Positions 56,957-58,241 of a stretch of 58,241 bases of DNA are shown piece after piece; position 1 is the stretch's first letter, and each line of letters opens with the position of its first letter. Location of the stretch: contig DATBSD010000091.1 of NCBI GenBank assembly GCA_036559965.1, forward strand, positions 1 to 58,241, in the 5' to 3' direction. The position numbers and the translations under genes were made by a program. This DNA is from Candidatus Limnocylindrales bacterium (GTDB taxonomy: Bacteria > Chloroflexota > Limnocylindria > Limnocylindrales > CSP1-4). The notes under the pieces were generated by a model. The model was not told the DNA's origin. It searched no databases and was given only the letters and a program-made list of their open reading frames with translations.

Positions 56957-57606
56957 CCGAGACCATCCGTCTCGTGGTCGCGGACGACCACCCGATGTTC
57001 CGGGCCGGTGTGGTCGCTTCATTGGACGCGGCACCAGACCTCGAAGTCGTTGCCCAGGCGACCGATGCCGCGAACGCGGTCGAGCTTGCGCGCGAGCTCC
57101 TGCCCGACGTCGTGCTCATGGACATCGCCATGCCCGGAGGTGGCATCTCGGCCGCACGGGACATCAGCACCGCGTGCCCCGCGACACGAGTCGTGATGTT
57201 GACCGTGTCCGAAGACGAGGACGACCTCCTTGCCGCCATGAAGGCAGGGGCCTCTGGCTACGTCCTCAAGGGCGCCGGTGCGACCGAGCTCATCGGTGTC
57301 ATCCGCGCCATCCACGCGGGCCAGGTCTATGTCGCGCCGGCGCTCGCCTGGGGCCTCCTGCGCGAGATGTCGAAGCCCCGCACCTCGCCCTTCGACGAGC
57401 TGACGACGAGGGAGCGCGAAGTCCTCGAGCTCGTCGCTTCGGGCCTCGGAAACCAGGAGATCGCCGACCGCCTCGGCCTGTCGGAGAAGACGATCAAGCA
57501 CCACATGACGAACATCCTGGGCAAGCTTCGCGTCCGGAGTCGAGTGGAGGCTGCGCTGCTCGCCGCGCGCGAAGGGCTTGGCACTCCGGCGGATGGCGTG
57601 CGCTGA
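56953..57606 (+). CDS. NarL/LuxR-family response regulator
   Basis: The start is an ATGA overlap with the kinase. Receiver domain RLVVADDHPMFR..., DVVLMDIAMPG, with the conserved Lys in GYVLKG. HTH: LTTREREVLELVASGLGNQEIADRLGLSEKTIKHHMTNILGKL. Confidence 0.9.
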   Translation: MTETIRLVVADDHPMFRAGVVASLDAAPDLEVVAQATDAANAVELARELLPDVVLMDIAMPGGGISAARDISTACPATRVVMLTVSEDEDDLLAAMKAGASGYVLKGAGATELIGVIRAIHAGQVYVAPALAWGLLREMSKPRTSPFDELTTREREVLELVASGLGNQEIADRLGLSEKTIKHHMTNILGKLRVRSRVEAALLAAREGLGTPADGVR

Positions 57607-57663
57607 GTGTTCGCCGGGTGCCCAAGCGCCCTGTCTCCCGTCGATCGGCCGCTGGAGCGCGAA

Positions 57664-57695
57664 GAAGCGGCGCTCCGGCGGGAGAGCGCCGCTTC
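57664..57695. terminator. perfect 12-bp GC-rich hairpin between the response regulator gene and the 3' end of ssrA (probable bidirectional terminator)
   Basis: GAAGCGGCGCTC (57664-57675), an 8-nt loop, then GAGCGCCGCTTC (57684-57695). On the minus strand it is followed by a short TTCTTC run. Confidence 0.6.
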
Positions 57696-57706
57696 GAGGT
57701 GAGTGC

Positions 57707-58078
57707 TGGTGGAGATGGGGGAGGGTCGAACTCCCCGTCCAGAACCTTCAGCCGGAGACATGCTACGAGCGTGTCCGATGCTTTGTCGTCGACCGGACGG
57801 ACGGCCATCGGCAGTCTGCCGTCCGGTCCAGTCACGTCCCCTTGCGGGCTTTGCTCCGGACTACGTGACGCTCATCCGGGGCGCATCCCCGCTGGATGAC
57901 GCTTCCACAGCCCGCGGGGAGGAGGCTGCTTCCACGCTCACCTTACCGCCTAAGCGGCGAGGGCGAGAGCAGGCTGGCGGTTGCCAGTTACTTCGTTTTG
58001 CCGCCGGTTTAACGAGGCCTGACGGCACCTCGGCTCGCGTTCCCCGGGGATCCGGCCCTGTCGAAACCACGCATCCCC
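57707..58078 (-). ncRNA. ssrA: transfer-messenger RNA (tmRNA), one-piece, 372 nt, encoded CCA end
   Basis: 5' end: GGGGAUGCGUGGUUUCGACAGGG. 3' end: GGACGGGGAGUUCGACCCUCCCCCAUCUCCACCA. The acceptor stem has the G3-U wobble required for alanylation. The tag reading frame GGC AAC CGC CAG CCU GCU CUC GCC CUC GCC GCU UAG (57985-57950) gives GNRQPALALAA. smpB lies directly upstream. Confidence 0.9.
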
Positions 58079-58140
58079 AGATGGCCCGGACCGCGTCCGG
58101 ACCACGCTATCGTAGCACCAGGTCCGCGAGCGACCCTGCC

Positions 58141-58241
58141 TTAGCGGCCGCGACGGGCGTCCGCCAGCTCGCGGTCGAGGTCTCGCCTTGCGTCGCGCTC
58201 CGCGATCGATCGGCGCTTGTCATGGAGCTGCTTGCCGCGGG
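58141..58241 (-). CDS. smpB: SsrA-binding protein SmpB, C-terminal fragment (5' end lies outside the window)
   Basis: Minus-strand translation from the window edge gives RGKQLHDKRRSIAERDARRDLDRELADARRGR, ending at TAA (58143-58141). This is a typical basic SmpB tail, in the position immediately upstream of ssrA. Confidence 0.7.
   Translation of the reverse strand, partial: RGKQLHDKRRSIAERDARRDLDRELADARRGR

Noticed and set aside
57707-57745. tRNA-like T-arm and CCA end that could be read as a tRNA gene.
   Set aside because: No D-arm or anticodon arm follows within about 75 nt. The matching acceptor 5' strand lies 372 nt away (58078), and a tag ORF ending in ALAA lies between, so this is tmRNA rather than a tRNA.
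58086-58100. Small hairpin CCGGAC-cgc-GTCCGG between smpB and ssrA, considered as an smpB terminator or a pre-tmRNA processing signal.
   Set aside because: It has only 6 bp, lacks a U-tract and lies inside the probable ssrA leader. The evidence is insufficient for a separate call.
1-58241. Search for mobile elements, prophage genes, toxin-antitoxin pairs, restriction or defence systems, rRNA/tRNA genes and riboswitch-like leaders.
   Set aside because: No transposase, integrase or recombinase motifs were seen, and no terminal inverted repeats, direct-repeat-flanked islands or compositional breaks apart from the small AT-rich operators and the oriC segment. No conserved riboswitch cores were recognised by eye. 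Absence is based on visual inspection only.

Overview
High-GC (roughly 70%) bacterial chromosomal segment spanning the replication-origin neighbourhood. No family-level taxonomic call is possible from sequence alone; gene content resembles a monoderm Actinobacteria/Chloroflexi-type genome. From left to right: (1) A 13-gene nuo (respiratory complex I) operon, 340-15246. Its order is unusual (A-B-C-D-H-I/E-F-G*-J-K-L-M-N) and all three electron-input subunits are structurally non-canonical. (2) A 270-nt convergent spacer carrying four evenly spaced palindromic units. (3) Assorted envelope and transport genes: otsB-like, TlpA-like, a sortase-like protein, CorA with a GMS motif, an MFS transporter, and an ArsR/SRPBCC pair. 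(4) An ArsR-led phosphatidylinositol / PI-mannoside operon, 22446-28708: PIP synthase, ino1, two tandem acyltransferases, a PHP phosphoesterase and PimA. (5) Directly adjacent, a cluster of polyprenol-phosphate-sugar-dependent GT-C glycosyltransferases, 28720-38805. It includes a roughly 1850-aa fusion of two different GT-C modules with a roughly 400-aa repeat-rich soluble insertion, two small paralogous GT-C genes and a GT2 polyprenol-P-sugar synthase. (6) dnaA-dnaN-recF-dciA(DUF721) followed by a PP2C-like membrane protein and a DUF151 nuclease, with a DnaA-box cluster (candidate oriC) between dnaA and dnaN. (7) rpmH-rnpA-yidD-yidC-jag, then a VanW protein, an ECF sigma/anti-sigma pair, a NarL-type two-component system, tmRNA (ssrA) and the 3' end of smpB. 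No rRNA, tRNA, CRISPR array, transposase, integrase or prophage signature was seen. Many long ORFs in the track are antisense or off-frame shadows typical of high-GC DNA and were not called. All functional calls rest on motif recognition by eye; no database search was possible.
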